DNA of 64,000 nucleotides from Trichosphaerium sp. ATCC 40318. Lineage: Eukaryota > Protista > Tubulinea. Every line of letters starts with the position of its first letter. The first letter of the stretch is position 1. A program made the position numbers and the translations under genes. The notes beneath the pieces are model-generated. The model was not told the origin of the DNA. It saw only the letters and a list, made by a program, of their open reading frames with translations, and made no database searches. The DNA lies in the NCBI GenBank assembly GCA_038496445.1, contig JALMLS010000504.1:62001-126000 (forward strand), read 5' to 3'. Shown in pieces: positions 59,670-64,000 of the stretch.

Positions 59670-62632
59670 ATGCTATCAAAGGCAAAAACACTTATATTGC
59701 CTGTACGTACGCGTGGGCGCTTTTTCTGTGCCTCTGGAGCCATAGCAGGGTCTTTAAAAGAAATTGGTGCGGAAAAAGATAAAACGCAATGGGGAGATCC
59801 AAAAACCCGCTTGAAGTTTTTAAACAAGGTGTGTTACGCTAATAACGAAATATGACTTGTGTTACATTCAAACTTAAGGTGCACAGTGCGTTACGGTTAC
59901 AATCGCCGAGTGCGTGGTATGGTGTTACTGTCAGTGATATTGCTGCGCTTGGAGGGAGAACGTTACTTCGGTACACAGTGACACTTGCGGGTAAAGCTTA
60001 AAATGGTGTAGTGAGTACGATTACAACTTGCATGGGTTATTGGAGGAACATTACGCGCCTCAGAGATGGGATCGATGGAAAATGCGTAAGAAGAGCTACA
60101 ATCTTCTTTTTTCGCTTTGAACGGTTAGTAATATGATATTTAGAGGTTAATCATCCCGGATTTTGGGAATGTAAGCGTGTACAACGGCGTTTTTTGAAAC
60201 ATGTAAGTTTTTTTTTTCGTTATGCTCTCTGACACGTGTATGTAACTCATAGGTATCCAAAAACTTAAACATTAAACAACTGTCGGATTGGTATAGAGTT
60301 TCTCAAGGATCCATTGTTCAACTTGGAGGAGCTGGCCTTCTACGGTACCTAGTTGTTGATTAATTAATGCAATTTTTTTTTTTTTTTTTTTTTTTGAATT
60401 TCAAGAAAAATTGAAACTGTCACTTTTGTGACTTGTAAAAAAATCCCTTATCGCAATAGTATATAAGTACACAGTGATAGATAATTCAGAGTGATTTTGA
60501 AGTGTCCAACACGTGTTTTGTTTGGCCATCATCATTCTAAAACCTTTGTTAAAGTCAGCATGGATACTCACTGGCGTCTGTATTGAAAACACATTATCCG
60601 AATCATGAATGGCATGGCTACCGTCTAGGTACTAGCATTATAGGACTCTGATTGTTATTGTTTAGACTCGTCTTAACCGTTCTTTTCTAGAGCGAGTACC
60701 AAGCAAATTTTGGGCTTCAACTCGTCATCAGAAAGATTTTTTATCACATGTACGTCAAACCACGTGATACATTTTGGAGTTGGATGGAACTAGTAATTTA
60801 CCTTTAATAGCTTGAAAGTAAGTTTTCTATAACGAAGATGGAGGACTGGTATAAAATCTCAGTCAATAACTTTAACTCTATTGGTGGTCATGGTCTTCTG
60901 AGAGGGTATACTTAAAGTAGTTTATTTTGTCTTTTTTTTTTTCTTCAGTTTTTAGCTTTTTGAGGAGTTATGTTACTTTGTTTGTCTAATATATAACCTA
61001 GCAAGTATATGTCTTCGTTACAGGGATTACTGAAAAGAGTATATCCGGATTTTGAGTGGGTACCATGGCGTTTCAGTGCGTTTTTTTAGATTTTCTCCAA
61101 AGATTTTTTTATTTTACTTTGTTCTTTGTCTCTTGCTCCATCATCATTGTTATGGTGACCAAGGTCCTATGATTACCGTCTAAGACTGCTAACTTTATTT
61201 TTCAAACACAGAAAGCGTTCCTCAAGGCTTCTGGGATTCAGTAGATAATAGAATTGCTTTTATCATTGATGTAAGGATACACATATATTTGTTTATTATT
61301 TTCTATTTGTAACTCATCTTTTTCCAAGGCTGAGAAAGAGCTAAGGATTGAAAAGATGGAAGATTGGTATGATGTAAAGATAAACGAACTTGGACCTCTG
61401 GGAGGACGGGGTTTAGTGACGTGAGTTGCTGTGATTTTTTCAAAGAAAACTATTTCTTTTTTCAGCTATTAGTTTTCGAGTATGTGGCTGACTCTCTAGT
61501 GTCCAAGGTTCAATCGAAGCTTTGTTAAGAGGATGTTATCCAGATTATAATTGGGATGGGACACGTTTTCGTCGTATGAAGGAAAAAGCAAAACGTGGGT
61601 ACTGGTAAGTCATCTCGACGTTTGCTCTTTTTTATTCATTTGTGCTGACACGTGTTCTTTTCCTTTAAGGCAACGCTCTGAAAATGTTAAACCATTCTTA
61701 AAGAAGGTTGAACGTAGATTTAACATAACAGATGCGAGTGGTTGGTATAGAGTGAGTGCCATGGATATAGGACAACTGGGACAAGGTACAATTTGTTTCG
61801 CAGCTTTGGAATCATTACATCTCTTGTTTTTTTTTTGTTTTCTGAGTTTCGTTGACTCCTTTATCAAGGTGCTGTTCATTATTGGCCACAAATGATTTTA
61901 TCACTTTACCCTAATCATAATTGGAGATTTAACCAATTCGCTAGAAGAGAAAAAAAAACAATACAAAGGCACTTACTTTTTGAACTGTTGACGATTATGT
62001 TGCTTTAATTTTGCTTTAATGAGCATGTGTACTGATATTTTTTTATTACACAGGTTGCTTGTTAATGCTGCAACACGCATATTCCCTCAAGAAAGATTTG
62101 AAGAGGAGTACCGCCTTGGCATGGCAAATGATACATCCGGCGCTGTTTTAACTCTTGATGTTTATTTCCCAGACCTAGAATTGGCTTTAGAGTATCAAGG
62201 AGAGCACCATTATGAAGAAGTAAATGCATTTGGTCCTACAAGATTACAGCAACTAAGAGACACAGAAAAAGCAATAAAATGCCGAGAGCACGGTATGCAA
62301 CACTAGTTATCTCCTGAGAAAGAAATTCTCTAATTTTTTTTTCTTACCTCCAGGCATCACACTTGTCCCAGTACCTTATTGGTGGAACCCTCAAGATTTG
62401 GAATCATTATCATCAACAATAGCGTACCATAAGCCTGATCTTAATATGAAAATTACTGTTCAACCACTTATCTCAAAACCTCCTGAAGCGTTGCTTCCAA
62501 GCACATTACACCAATGTACGTTATTTGCTTTTTTTAAAACACGTGTTTTCTGACTTTCAAATAAAAGCTGTGAGAGGACCTACATCGAATGCCATGGATC
62601 CAAGAGTATCCCATGCAATGCCTATTATGTAA
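59670..62632 (+). CDS. Protein with five ~73-aa tandem repeats and a PD-(D/E)XK / RAP-like C-terminal domain (family member 2), putative mitochondrial presequence
   Basis: MLSKAKTLILPVRTRGRFFCAS, five repeats rebuilt over many short exons, then LTLDVYFPDLELALEYQGEHHY...RDTEKAIKCREHGITLVPVPYWW. Confidence 0.82.
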
Positions 62633-63311
62633 TACATCCATAATGGCGTATAAACCCCATAGCCTGGAACTATTGTATATTAAAGAAAAAACCCAAAAAA
62701 TTTAATCGTCCAATGTAAAAAAGGTTTCCTGTTACTTTATGCTACCACATACAGCTTAAAACGTTAAGCCATGTTGTCATGGGTGTGATAAATATAATTT
62801 TCTTCGTCAAAGTGAAAAAAAACACATGAGTAATTTCTCCAAAAATGGCGTCCACGTGATTTTATTATTTTCTATTAGGTTGTCAACTTTTTCTCATAAG
62901 TGACCTTGGTGATGTTTCAGAAGTTACTATTGCATGTGACACTCGCTACTCAGGTAAAGCTTTGGTTATTTTAACTGAACAAAATAATTAATTGAATGAT
63001 GCTGTGTAGGTTTGGAAAAAGCAACACTCACTTGCTGTTGACAATTTGGATATTGAGAAACCAAGTGTATGTGTTTTTTCTCTTGATAACAACCTTAATA
63101 TTGAGTTATTTAGGGTTTTTGTTTGTACAAGAGATGCATGTCGCACAAACCTTAGAATACAACAAACTTCACAAAGTCATTGTCTCAATAATAAAACTAA
63201 TTTCACAAATTTGTTTGAAAAATGTTACTAAAAAAAAAAAGAGCAAAAACTGTTCGCTTGCATGATAAAAAAAAGTTTGTTTATTCTTCTATTCTTTTAT
63301 AATTCTTTAAT

Positions 63312-64000
63312 CTAAATTAATCTTCTACTAATCCAGGGACCTTGATGGTTTTCACGTGATATAGAAAACGTGCCAGCCAGCCGAAGTGTTTCTATACCTT
63401 TGTCACTCACTTTTGTTCCTCCCAGTCTAATAGTGTGAACACCTGCTAGGGCATTAACACATTCATCTGTAACACTTGCAAATCTCAGAGAAATATCGTG
63501 GACACCCGAAAGTGCTTTTACACCTTCATCCGTAACTTTAGTGCTCTCTAGAGATATAGTGTGTACACCTGAAAGTGCTTCAACACCTTCATCCGTAACC
63601 TTAGTGCTCTCTAGATCTATAGTGTGTACACCTGAAAGTGCTTTGACTCCTTCATCTGTAACTTTAGTGTCCTTAAGGTCAATAGCATGAACACCTGCTA
63701 ACGCTTTGATCCCTTCATCTGTTATCAGGGAAGAATGGGCAAGTTTAATGGTATGAACACCCGCAAGTGCTTTTACACCATCATCTGTAACTTTAGTGTA
63801 CTCCAGATCAATAAAATGGACTCCTGCAAGTGGTTTTACACCTTCATCAGTCACTCTTGTAGAACGAAGGTATATTGTGTGAACACCCGCAAGTGCTTTC
63901 AAACCTTCATCTTTTACTCGGATTCCTACTAAAGTAATTGTATGAACCCCTTGCAAGTGCTTTGACACCTCTGTATGTAACCTTGGTTTCATTGAGGATG
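63312..64000 (-). CDS. Intronless 22-aa leucine-rich-repeat protein (GVHTIxLxxTxVTDEGVKAL), 3' part, with an apparent frameshift near 63950
   Basis: About 9 regular 66-bp repeats in ORF 63312..63992. The repeat register continues in another frame upstream of 63950. Confidence 0.85.
   Translation of the reverse strand, partial: SSMKPRLHTEVSKHLQGVHTITLVGIRVKDEGLKALAGVHTIYLRSTRVTDEGVKPLAGVHFIDLEYTKVTDDGVKALAGVHTIKLAHSSLITDEGIKALAGVHAIDLKDTKVTDEGVKALSGVHTIDLESTKVTDEGVEALSGVHTISLESTKVTDEGVKALSGVHDISLRFASVTDECVNALAGVHTIRLGGTKVSDKGIETLRLAGTFSISRENHQGPWISRRLI

Overview
AT-rich eukaryotic genomic DNA, probably a protist (gene content suggests an amoeba; this is inference). It is gene-dense with many short spliceosomal introns, mostly GT-AG with several GC-AG, so the ORF track shows only exon fragments. 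About 20 host genes can be rebuilt by hand. They include an NT5C-like HAD nucleotidase, a Vps41-like protein, a FYVE protein, an AAA+ ATPase, a 2H-phosphoesterase-RRM protein, a CaaX-tailed septin/AIG1-like GTPase, a reprolysin-like protease with a mucin stalk, LUC7, tandem surface-protein paralogues and an LRR gene. The centre holds a complete, young Ty3/Gypsy LTR retrotransposon (25327-34145, 144-bp LTRs identical by eye, 4-bp TSD). Its pol gene is split by a 1972-bp non-autonomous DNA transposon rich in subterminal repeats. The most unusual signals are: (i) roughly 9-fold over-representation of CACGTG in host DNA but not in the retroelement; (ii) two members of a family with ~73-aa tandem repeats and a C-terminal PD-(D/E)XK/RAP-like domain, one with a mitochondrial-type presequence; (iii) a 320-bp TIR element carrying a GC-rich structured core; (iv) a LUC7 whose two zinc fingers have lost most ligands, alongside frequent GC donors. 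All exon structures and counts were made by eye.
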